Shown here: one piece after another, positions 12,872-24,100 of the stretch | Numbering within the stretch: the stretch's first letter is position 1 | Layout of the letters: each line of letters begins with the position of its first letter | From: Lepidodermella squamata | Taxonomy: Eukaryota > Animalia > Gastrotricha | NCBI GenBank assembly: GCA_047495785.1 | Contig: JBLDXI010000015.1 | Location: forward strand, 558,001-622,000 | Direction of reading: 5' to 3' | Length of the DNA: 64,000 nt | Made by a program: the position numbers and the translations under genes | Notes under the pieces: model-generated | What the model was told of the DNA's origin: nothing | The model's database searches: none | Seen by the model: the letters and a program-made list of their open reading frames with translations, nothing else

Positions 12872-15800
12872 TTACTTGAAATATGGCAAGCCCATGTAGC
12901 CCTCGATGCCGCATCTGTTTATGCCTTTTCGGATCTTGAAGTAGCCCTTAATGCCCCAAGAATCGCCCCACGAATTTCGCCCGATCCAGTAGTCCAATTT
13001 TGACGTGGGATCTGTGCCGTATCCAAGAATAACAATCGCATGATTAGTGGAAGTCGCACAGTTTGGTGGATCGAGAATGCCGTCTTTGTAAACATCGAAT
13101 TGCCCCTCAGCGTTAATGCTGGCGTAGATCGGACCATACTTTAGAGCATCCATCATTTTTTTAATCATTTGCTCCTGAGGAAGCTGATCGTAGTTCGTTA
13201 GCGATGTAGCTCCTCTCAGTCTCAGGTATCCGTTAACATTCATTGCAGTACCAGTATTGAAAGTACACAACGCTTTGTCGCTATTTGTATATTTATAGTC
13301 GTCAGCTTTGGCGAAAGCTTTAACTTTGGTAAAATATTTGAAAGTCGTAGTATCGTCCCCGCCATCGCAGCCGTTGTTACCGCCGTTCACTTTAGAACAA
13401 TCGACGATTTGCTGCTCGGACATAGAAATCGGAGAGACTGCGTTTTTGATGGCCCACCGAGCTTCGAGGACAGCGGATGATGCGAATGAATAGCAGGAAC
13501 CGCATTGTTGTTGGTTCTTTATTGGGGTCATGTAGCCTGCAAAAAGTAGCACAAATTATCGACTTCAAAGTGCGTCTCAACATCAACTCTAACATAACTG
13601 AAGCTGTGATAAATGGCTATTTCAGGCTGGATTTTGGGCAGTGATGATGTTTGGTATTAAGCGGAAGTGAGTTGGTTAAACAGATAGCTTTTCAAGTTTC
13701 TAGCACGTCTAGAGTCTAGAATCGCAATTAAGGCCAAATTTGGGCGAAATCAGCAGAAAATCAAATGGGCCCTCAATAAATCAGGACGGTCATATCGTAT
13801 TCAGTCAGTCATGATAAAGGATACTTGTCGGCATGCAAACGTGAATACTTGCCGGCAGAATCCCATCCTCTTTACCTAGCACTCATAGTTTGGCTGGGAA
13901 GAAAGCCATTTGACCGGCAGTGAAAAGTCGGGTTTGGTGATTTTCTGTATTTTCCATTGCGATTTGCTAGAAATTTTCCAGCAAATCACAAAAGTCTTCA
14001 AAACGTGTGTTCACTTGATGAAGGACGAATTGGATTCCAAAATGTCACTATTCAGTTATTCTTGTTGCTTTAAAATGTTCGAATTAAAGGCCTCTAAAAC
14101 AGAAAACCCAGAGTTGCCCTGAAAAGTGTTATCCATTCAGGTTGTCGTAGAGACTTTGCTTGATCCCAACAAATTTATGAAGATCTAGCGAGATTCCTCA
14201 CTTCAGATTACGCTATAAAATGTCGACTGTGTATTAGAAAAAAAAACATAATTTATTCAGTGGGGGATTCTGCTGATCCATTTTCAAGCGCGCATTTCTT
14301 AACATCGATTATTTTTTCGCTTGTGAACTGTGAACCCCTCTGCAATTTTCTCTGCAATGCTGAGGAATATTAATCTCTTTTTGAGTATCATCGAAATCTC
14401 TCGATGTTCACAATTTCGCCGAACCCCTTTTTCACTTAAACACCATTTAACATTTCAAAAACATGTTGAACCACGCCGAAAATGGAATTTTCTACCATAT
14501 TTCGAATTGAAAACATTGGTAAACGCTATCTACTAGACGCTTTCTGCGCGCGGATTGCTAAAGCCTTTCTCCCAATGAATCCCGGCCACTAGGATTATAA
14601 GAGATACCGATGCTAATATTATAAATCATCGATTGTCGATTGTTATCTGTGTGATGTGTGATTTTCTCAGCTTACCTTTAACTCGCCAATCGATGACAGC
14701 TCCAGCCATCGGTGCAGCATCATCCGTTGAGACAGTCAGCGTGGGCGCAGTATTGAACTCCGGGTCTGACGGGAATGATTTTAATGACCGTGTTGTATAC
14801 AGCTCGCGCCGCTGAGGCGTTAAATCAACCGTTCCAGTGCCATCAAGGCATCGCTTGCGATCAGGGCCGATATCCTTCCCATCTTCTTGTTCAACAACGC
14901 ATAGTGTACATTTCAAGGTGTCGCAAACTGCAGGCGGCGAAAAGAAGACAATCTCTCGCTTGCGTCTCCGGCGGCCGCTAGCATCGTCTGTCGTAGTCAC
15001 AGGCTTAAAGCCGAGCAAGTTCTTCTTGCGCCAAGCGTCCGTTTTCGCGCTGTATTGGTTGATGCCAAACTTGACGTTTTTATTCGCTGGATCTGCCGAC
15101 AGCTTGTCGATTTCACCCAAATCTTTCAACAACTCAGTCTCGCCTTCTTCATCTTCATCCTCAGTGTCGATTTCCGCGTCTGGATACAGCTTTTTGAAGG
15201 CTGTCCAGCGCGGATCATCGTAAGCTGGTTGTTGAGCTAAGATATATATTGCGGAAAACTTATGACTGTTGGTATAGGCTGAATAAAAACTCACGCTGGG
15301 CTGAAATAAAGAAGAGGGATCAATAATTATTCCATATATAATGTTTCCAAGCTTACAGCAATTTGCGCCGGAGTAGGCAGCTATGCATTTGCAAGTGTTT
15401 TTTCCGATACAAGTTCCGCCGTTTTGGCAATAATCCACCGAGCATCCAACTGAAATGAAATAGATTTTGATACAAAAAGGAGGCAGTGAGAATTGAGAAG
15501 GGATCCGAACGACGTTAATGGGACCTGTTCTCGAAAGGTAAATACAAGAGCAGAATCCGCCAGTCGGATTTCATCGGGTTTCCCCAACAAAAGTTGGAGT
15601 TTAACCCCATTCAAAACAAAACAAAGGGAACAAAGAAAATCAGAGGCGCCAAACTGTAGCTTATCCACTTTCTTAACTTACATGTACTGCAATCGGCTCC
15701 ATACCAGCCAGTAGCGCAGTCGCAGATGTTAGGCCCGGAACAAGTGCCGCCATTCTTGCACGTTACCGTTGTGCACAGAGCTAAGACAATTGCATCGATT

Positions 15801-16522
15801 TTACATCATGCATGCGGGGAAGACGTTGACTTACAAACGTCGCAATTTGCACCAGTCCAGGCACTTGAGCAGCTGCATACGTTAGCCCCAACACAAGTCT
15901 GGCGACTGTTGCAATTCGAACAAGTAACTATGAACAAAATAGATCAATGGATGATGGCGGCTATTTCGTCTTTTACATTTATCGCATGTTGTTCCCGAAT
16001 AGCCACTAGGACAGTTGCAAGTTCCAGAACTTGAACTGTAGGTTCCGCCGTTAAGACAGACGATAGACTGGGCCTAGAAATGGTCGCGTTGCGTTTGAAA
16101 CGAGAAACAATTACAAAATAGAGTAATGTGCCGTTTCATAACTCTTATCATAATTCTCATCATCCACTATTCAGCTATTCAGCCGGGCCGGGGAAATTCC
16201 ATCAAATCCTCAATCAAAGCCCCCCCCCCCCCCCCCACCCTTGATCCGAAGAAAAGCTGGGTGGCTCCTTACTAACGAAACTCGGCGTAATTTGATTTAC
16301 AATCGAACCATTATAATCGAACCACATTTCGACATTATAATAATATAAAATTGGATGCAGTCTCAATACATACCGCCGGGTTTCTAGACTGCTGATTCGA
16401 GGTACATGCGTGAATTGACCCAGCTGAAACCAGAACTGGCCATTTGTATGTTAATTATGGAAATTTCAGTTAAAAAAATTATTATCGGAATTACCGAGGA
16501 ATGAATGGAGGATCAGAAACAT
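12872..16522 (-). CDS. EGF-repeat papain-like (C1A) cysteine protease, paralog B, intact
   Basis: Exons 16522-16495, 16435-16374, 16073-15977, 15927-15835, 15780-15682, 15449-15357, putative microexon 15300-15295, 15236-14676, 13536-12872. Motifs QQQCGSCYSF, NHAIVILGYG, YWIGRNSWG; RRRRKR after the I29-like region. Confidence 0.92.
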
Positions 16523-17079
16523 GGTTGCTGATTTATGGCAACAAACGTTATGAAAATTTCAACTGCAAAAATTCTCTGTGTGGTATGGCGTAGTTATGTG
16601 ACGTTTGAATATATTGCACTCATATGCAACATGCCATTGTTTTGCCACCCACCACCTAAAAACAATTGCACCATACAAACATGAGCAATTTAGCATTGTA
16701 TTACTGTGTTCTACATCTTAAATGATTTCACATATTTGTGTTAACTGAGCGGCTAAAGAATTCGTGGAGGCAGATTTCAACGGATTTTGTACTTGAATTA
16801 ATTAAAGGAATCCAATTTGTGCGCCTGGATTCCTCGAAAAGCCATACGTCGCCGTGCCGACTGGTTTCAACTTCTATTAATTTTTTTCAGGGGGCTATCA
16901 TAAATCGATTACGCTCTATTGTATACTGTTGTGTAAAAGGTCATAAATCTGAAGACTCAATCGAACTGTTACTTTCATCAACAACGGTTTAGTGTTAACA
17001 GCATGGGGCATAGATAGGTTAGGCACAACAATTGTGGAAGCATGTAGCCAGCATTGATTTCGTTCATTAGGCGCACTTT

Positions 17080-19386
17080 TCACTTGAAGTACGGCCACAC
17101 TACACTGTTCTCTATGCCGCATCTATTGAGGCCTTTACGGATTTTGAAATAGCCGTTAATGCCGAAAGATGTACCCCAAGAGTTGCGGCCAATCCAATAC
17201 TCTTCGCTAGTTGTCGGCTCCACGCCGTATCCAACAAGAACCACGTCATGATTCGTATTATTCGGGCAGTCTTTAAAGTCAAAAACGCCTTCCTTATAGG
17301 CCTGGAATCTCGATTCGGCGTGCATATCGACCTGAATTGGGCCGTACTGCAAAGCGTCCATCATTTTCTTCACCATTGTTGATCTATCAGCGGAGGTGAT
17401 ATATGACAGGCCGGTTATCGGCAGTGGCAAGGCTTTGCCTGTATTCAAAGCGCAAGAGCCTTCCTTTTGCGTATACGGGTAATCCTCAGCCTTCGCAAAC
17501 GCCTTGACCGACCTGTAGTAGGTCACAACGCCCCTCATATTACCACCGTTGCAACCATTCGCACCCGCACTCGTGCCCTTGGCACAGTCCACCAGCTGTT
17601 GTTCAGACATTACAACGGGAATTGCGTTGTTTTTCAGCGCCAGACGAGACTCGATGACCGTGTTCGCTGCGAACGTGTAGCATGAGCCACATTGCTGTTG
17701 GTTTTTGATAGGCGTTAGGTAACCTTTCGTTCTCCAGTCGACTATAGCACCTTAAGATATCAATTACCAATTAGCGATTAAAATTGCCGTGAAAACAACT
17801 AAACAAATTAATAACCCAAATTATTCAACCCTATACACTTACAAAACTCCCCTATTCTGATTCTACCATCGAAACTATTTTGTTCACGAACAATGAAAGT
17901 AGAATCAGCGGATAAACTACCCGGTATTGCTGTGGCAGTCTCCAAAGGAGTAAAACTTGGTGCATTTCCATAGTTGGTATCAACAGGTGGGTAGGAGTTA
18001 AGTGGCCGGGTGGTGTATAGATCTCGCTCTAACTTCGCCGTATCCACGTTGCCATCGTTAATAACGCAAGTCTTCCTACCAGTCTCCACCCCATCGTCCT
18101 TCTCAATCCAGCATAGAAGCCACTTGTCGTTGACGAGAGTCTGAGTGTAGGAGTGCTCAACCTCTCGCTTCCGTCTCCGCTTGCTCCCGCTGGCCGGCGC
18201 CCCGGGATTAACGGCAGGCGGCGTCCTCGTCGTGCTGTCTTTCACGCCTCCAAGCAGATTTATCTGCTTATATTCGTCGGTTTTCGCACTGTACTGATTC
18301 AGGCCGTACTTAACGTCAGGATTTTCCGTGTCCTTGTTCCATTCGTCAATGTCGCTCACTTCTTTGAGGAGAGTGGCCTCAGCTGCGTCATCCTCCGCAT
18401 CGGTGGTAATACCAGAATCTGGGTACAGTTTTTTGAACGCTACCCATCTCGGATCATCGGGAGCTGTGAGTTATTTTAATACTTTCAAATGATTGAAAGT
18501 TTCGGAAAATTCAAGCTTACCGCAAGCTGGGTATGTGAATAGGCCATCGATTCGCATTTGCAGGTGTTTTTTCCAATGCAAGTTCCGCCATTTTGGCAAA
18601 ATCCTGCGGAGCATCCAGCTAAAAGAAAAACAAAGCCCATTCAAGTGTCAAAATCAATATTGCAGATGAAGAAATAATGAATAGGTTGGCTAATGCAACA
18701 AGAAGAATGAAATCGTGCTTTTTTTAGCGATTAGCGAGCTTTGCCACTCTTGGAACTCCTTCACGAACTTCAACTCACATGTACTGCAATCAGTTCCAAA
18801 CCATCCAGCAGAGCAGTCGCAAATGTTGGGGCCGGAACAGGTGCCGCCATTCTTGCAGGTAACAGTCGTACACAGAGCTAAGAAAGTTAGCATACGGCTT
18901 TAGCACGGTTTCTTCGCGAGATGGAGCAGTTTATTCTTACAAATGTCGCAATTTGTTCCGGTCCATGCGTTTGAACAGCTGCAGATGTTGGCACCGACAC
19001 AAGTTTGCCGGTTGTTGCAATTCGAGCAAGTATCTATGTATGTGAAATATTACAAAATTGATCGGAAGTCTTTGCTGTTAGGGCTATTACACTTATTGCA
19101 TGTTGTGCCGGAGTAGCCGGTAGGGCAGATGCAAGCTCCAGAAGTGGAACTGTAGATTCCGCCGTTAAGACAGACAACAGACTGAGTCTGGCAAAAGAAT
19201 GCGTGGAAAATTTTGGGAAAGCGGAACATTCCCCAATGCTCACTGTAGGTTTTTGAGACTGTTGGGTTGGAGCACATGCGTGGATTGGCCCAACAGACAC
19301 CAGAACTGATCATTGGTTGGGCAAATTATAGTCGAAATGTTAGAGAAAAATCAAAAGGTTAAACTCAGCAACATAGTTAGAAGCAT
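17080..19386 (-). pseudogene. EGF-repeat papain-like protease, paralog C; +2 frameshift in EGF4 exon (pseudogene, or 3-EGF form by exon skipping)
   Basis: Same exon layout as paralog A with an intact catalytic exon (17750-17080). The EGF4 exon 18618-18521 is 98 nt instead of 96 (TCA-CATAC-CCAGCTTGCG vs TCG-GGC-CCGTCTTGCG), giving a TAG early in the next exon. Confidence 0.7.
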
Positions 19387-20003
19387 GGTCGCTAACTGCA
19401 AACTTTATAAAATGTGGGTTAATGTCAACTGCAACAATATTTTTCATCAATGATGTAAGCTTAGCGGTTATGAATTTCTCGCTCACGTATGCCGCATGCC
19501 ATTGTCTTGCTACTCACCGTCTAAAAGCATTTGCACTGACCGAATTTCAGGTGTTTTTCCTATGGATGCGCTCTACATTCGAGTTACGCTAACCGGAAAG
19601 CATTGGAATTCGTGCAAGGAGATTTCCTTGCTGTTTTATTCAGGAATAATTGGCCAAGCTTAGCCACGAAGGATCGAAATTGTGGAATCTAACGATTATT
19701 GCAGCCTGTTAGCCATAAAAAAAGCATTAAGATAAATACCAACATTCCTTGAAGCCAAATACCTTTATCGATTTTCTTCCAGAAGAATGCACATCCAGCA
19801 TTTCTCAAGACTCAAGAAGCTTAGCTAACCCAGTTTCAAAACTACTAAGCAGAGTGCGATCTCGAGCTGCCAGGGAAGGAGAATTTATTTTCCTATAAAT
19901 TACCATGGATTTCAGCCAGAAACGTGCGAAGCGAGGACATTTTCTCTGAAACATATTTATTTTGCAAAATTCAATCCAAACACTGTTGTCTGCCAAAAGC
20001 AAA

Positions 20004-20957
20004 CTAGTTATATTCAAATTTGAGGTAACTTCGTAGCGACAGAGGTAGATGGCGTTCTAGGCCTTCATCAATGGCTTTTCTACGGCTGATATATCCTCGC
20101 GGCAGGCATCTAAGGATCGCCAAACGGGCTGAAAACTGCAACGTCAATGGGAAGGCGTTTACATTGGTAAATGCCACAGCCAAATCAGGCCTATCCTTCA
20201 AATACTCATTCACATGCAAATCCGGAATTTTTCTCATATTAAAAGAGCCATCTTCCCGAGCTGAAAGAAGTATGTCGATGAGGCTTGTTTCTTCGCTATA
20301 ATTCGACGCCCGACTACCGAAATCTTTCGACAGATCCTCTCCTTGCATTCGCCTTGCTAATCGAATCAGCCCAACCGCTGTCAATTCGTACCCGGTGTAA
20401 CCAGGGCAGCCAGATTTGACCAGGAGTGATATCGATTTTGTTACGTAATAATTGCAAGCATTCCTAATCAAGTAATGCATCTCCATAGTAACGAGGCGAT
20501 CCAACGGGTTCAACGCATCTTTCCTTTGATGGAGATGGACCAAAGATTCACTGATAGGAGATTTTAGTAGTAATTCAATTGAAGAAAGTCCGCCATGGTG
20601 GATAGCTGCATTCAAAGCAGTAAATCCGCTGGAATTTACTGATTCTAGCAACAACAGACCGTTCTCATGTTCAACCACTGCTTTGAGAACCTCTTCGCCG
20701 TATCCATCCATCAATCCTAAGTAATGAATGATTTTTTTACCGTTTGCATGCGTCTCCATGATGTCGGCTCCATTTCGAATCAGTCTAGGTAACACAACAT
20801 GTTGACGCCATCTGTAAGCGTGGAATAAGGAGCAAGTAGCGCCGCGGTCCAGTAAGTCGTTAATTGCTGTGAAATCTCCTCTCTCGATCGCTTGCTCCAA
20901 ATTTATGGTCGATATGTAAGTAGCGAGTTTCTCCTTAGCTTTAGTGACTAACCACAT
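20004..20957 (-). CDS. Ankyrin-repeat and SOCS-box protein (ASB-like E3 ligase adaptor), apparently single-exon
   Basis: Ankyrin-like segments (LEQAIERGDFTAINDLLDRGA; GFTALNAAIHHGGLSSIELLL) and C-terminal SOCS box PLTLQFSARLAIL..LPLSLRSYL. First ATG at 20957; the ORF track starts at an upstream GTG. Confidence 0.8.
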   Translation of the reverse strand: MWLVTKAKEKLATYISTINLEQAIERGDFTAINDLLDRGATCSLFHAYRWRQHVVLPRLIRNGADIMETHANGKKIIHYLGLMDGYGEEVLKAVVEHENGLLLLESVNSSGFTALNAAIHHGGLSSIELLLKSPISESLVHLHQRKDALNPLDRLVTMEMHYLIRNACNYYVTKSISLLVKSGCPGYTGYELTAVGLIRLARRMQGEDLSKDFGSRASNYSEETSLIDILLSAREDGSFNMRKIPDLHVNEYLKDRPDLAVAFTNVNAFPLTLQFSARLAILRCLPRGYISRRKAIDEGLERHLPLSLRSYLKFEYN

Positions 20958-21161
20958 GGTGAGGGATAATTCTATAAAATGAACAATGATACATGATAAG
21001 CCTACTTCATATCTCACAAACTTAGGTTTAGGTGGATAAGAAATGAAGAAACCTGCTATGCTTGGCACTTGAAAGCATGAGCAAGATAAGATTAAGAAGT
21101 TTGAACAAATAAATTGATTCCTCTTATGTTCTATTTCTTATGTTCTATAAATTTTGAAGAA

Positions 21162-24100
21162 ATGAAAAGGCGTCGTTTTATCTTTGCATTCATCGGTAAG
21201 TTTGAAGATCTTAAGTTTTCTTATGGCTTAAATTTTTCACTTAGGCGTTGTCTCCTTCTTTCTGAGTTCTATCTCTGCAGAAGATGGACTCTTACAGACT
21301 CCATACCCAACTTTCCCACCTGAAAGTCTCCTAATGAATTGCAATTTCGAGACTGGAGATTGGTGTGATTTCGAATCTACCAATGGTTGGGTTCTATCAT
21401 GTGGTCCTGATTCAAACTGTTCCTCGAAAGGTCTTATCAACGATCACACAACTGGTTCACCAGATGGCCACTACTGGCTGGCGAATCTTAACGGCCCAGC
21501 TGTTGTAGCACAGCTTGCAGCTCGTTTTCGGTCTGATGTACCGGGTTGCCTCAGCTTTTGGTATTACGTTGATGGCGCTGAAGTATCTAGCCTTAAGCTC
21601 GGGCTGAGTGAGGATATTTATTGGAAAAGGGATGGGACTCAAGGTCCGCAATGGAACTACGCTGAGGTTACACTTAGCCCATCAGGGGATAGTCCTCAGG
21701 TATAACTATTTTCCATAAAATTGATAGCTAGACTTCAAATTATTATTTTAGAATCAAATGTATTACCAAGCCAACATTGGCGAGTCATTTGATGGTTTTG
21801 TTGCCATTGATGACGTGAAGCTAGCAGACACAATCTGCCCATCACGAGACCTAGAGTGCAATTTCGACGCAGATTACCGAGATTTGATAGCTCCATGTAA
21901 TGCTACTGTGAGTTCATCCACATGGAATGGACCTCCAGTCGACATGCAGTGGCAGTTTGGCCAGCGGCCTGATGGCGATCACACATGGCGAACACCGAAG
22001 GGAACTATGGCTTTTGTAACAACCAACTTGACAGAATCTACCACAACATACTTGCTATCTTTGCCGTTTAAATTGACCACAGGCGTAAAAGAATTTTGTT
22101 TGAAAGCTTGGTAAGTATAATTCATTTCCGACTCTGAAGTATATTGACCATTGATTACTCTATCAGGTATAGAAGTGATCCTGGAATTGATGGCTTTGTA
22201 CGTCTAAGTGTCAATAATCTGATTATCGAATCAATTCATCTCGACTGGTTGGGGAACACCTGGTTTTCGCAGGAATCGACTGCAACTTTAGATTGTAAGT
22301 TGTGATGAACGTCCAATTGTTGCTCTATCGATTTCTTTTGAAAAGCTGACCCAGAAAATGGTATAGTCAACATTGGATTCGAAGCAAATATTCAGTCGAT
22401 GGAGAGGCCAAATTCGTACATCCAGCTGGATGACGTGCAGATTCTCGAGCAAGCTTGTGAACAGTCAGGTATAGGATCATTCTATAGAATCGAAGTAGGC
22501 ACGAAGTAGGATCCTCGTACTAGGGGGTATATTTTCGACCCCAATTTTTTGACCAAATGGTCCCCCAATGAACCTTTGACCTTGCGAACTGGTGGTACGA
22601 TACCCCTCCCCCTTCCCCTAACCCCTTCTCCCTCCAAAACCTATGAGGTGTCTAGCCTGGACATCTCAAACTAGGGATACTATGATACCCCTTTATCGTT
22701 TAACTGCACCCAAATGCTTTTCTCCTTCTAGAAATTTGCGACTTTGAAGACGGTCATTTCTGCCCCTGGTCAAATATTCAGTACCCAAAGAAAGATTTTG
22801 ACTGGCGGCTAGGATCTGGTGCTGACAATGGCCCTATCCCTATCGACACGACGTTTGGGAAGCCTAATGGTCATTACATGTACGTAAAAATGGATCAACC
22901 TAACCTTACGCGTGGTCAGCATGCAGTTTTTGTTTCAAACAACCCGAGGCCATTTACCGAATTCGGCTGTCTCCACTTTTCATACTTTATCAAATCAAGT
23001 GGTTCCTACCTGAAAGTTAAGGCTATTCGTAAGGACGGTGATACTACTTCATGGCAGTCCCCGATCACATTTTCAAACGATACGTGGCAATCCGGCTACG
23101 TCGCTATCTATCTGGGCTTAGTAAACACGCTGGAGTGTGAAATCGGTTTCGAAGCCATTTACGATAGTTCGAGCCAAGACGATGTCATAGCCATTGATGA
23201 TTTGTTCACTCAACCTTCTCCTTTAAATCCCAAAGGATCATGTGGCGAAAATCAGGTTATGCCCTTAGACGCTAATCCCTTAGCAACTGCATCTCCCTTT
23301 TTGAGCTGTGATTTTTCCAAGAGCAACGACTATTGCCACTATAACCCGGTCAACTTTGACGGAAATTCAATGTGGTCCCTTTCGGAAGACAAGTTGGATC
23401 AATTGCAGTCGGCTAGTATTACCTATTTAGCGACAGACAAGAATTTTCAAGCTGATATCACATCACGATTTGTCGAGGGAAACGAAGGCTATCCGCTATG
23501 CGTCATTTTTAACTACGCTTTTCACGGTGTCAATCCCGGAACCTTTTCTCTTTTCTCAATCATCGGAAACGAGCAAAAGGTGTTATGGTCAAGATCCGGC
23601 TCGCAAGGCTACAGATACCAAAGGGGCCATGTGGCCATCACGAGTGAATACGGACTTGATTTCAAAGTATTTTTCAGAGTAAAAGCTCCATTCTCATTCG
23701 GAGATGTGGAACAGACCTGGTCTGGGTCACTTTCGATAAGATCTATCGAGGTTTCATCACAACATTGCCAATTATGGGATGAAACTGCATTTTGCGACTT
23801 CGAAATTGATCTTTGTAACTGGGGCTTGGATCCTTTCTCAGCTTGGAAGTGGGGCCAAGTTCAGTTATCAGGTGGCGTCGTTGCTAATGACCACTCAACT
23901 GGAACAGGACTCGGTCACGCTGTTTACACCCAAATTAAAGGATCGGGCGCTACGATGACTGATAATCTTCTACCAAACTCTCAGATTTTCGAGTCTGATA
24001 CCGACCGATGTCTTCAATTCTGGTACATTTACAAGGCCTTACAACCGTCTAAAATCGGAGCCGCGGCAGTATACGTCGACTATTCCGAAGTCTCAACTTT

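Noticed and set aside
12872-13552. Calling the proteases cathepsin C because of CGSCYSF
   Set aside because: No exclusion domain; the I29-type propeptide and SEQQ.VDC context are cathepsin L-like. No gene symbol assigned.
16220-16236. Poly-C run (potential G-quadruplex on the sense strand) in paralog B intron 2
   Set aside because: Simple homopolymer, absent from the paralogs, with no supporting evidence.
22520-22692. Possible MITE in a MAM-gene intron (aggggtat...atacccct)
   Set aside because: Only ~8-bp inverted match and no convincing TSD.
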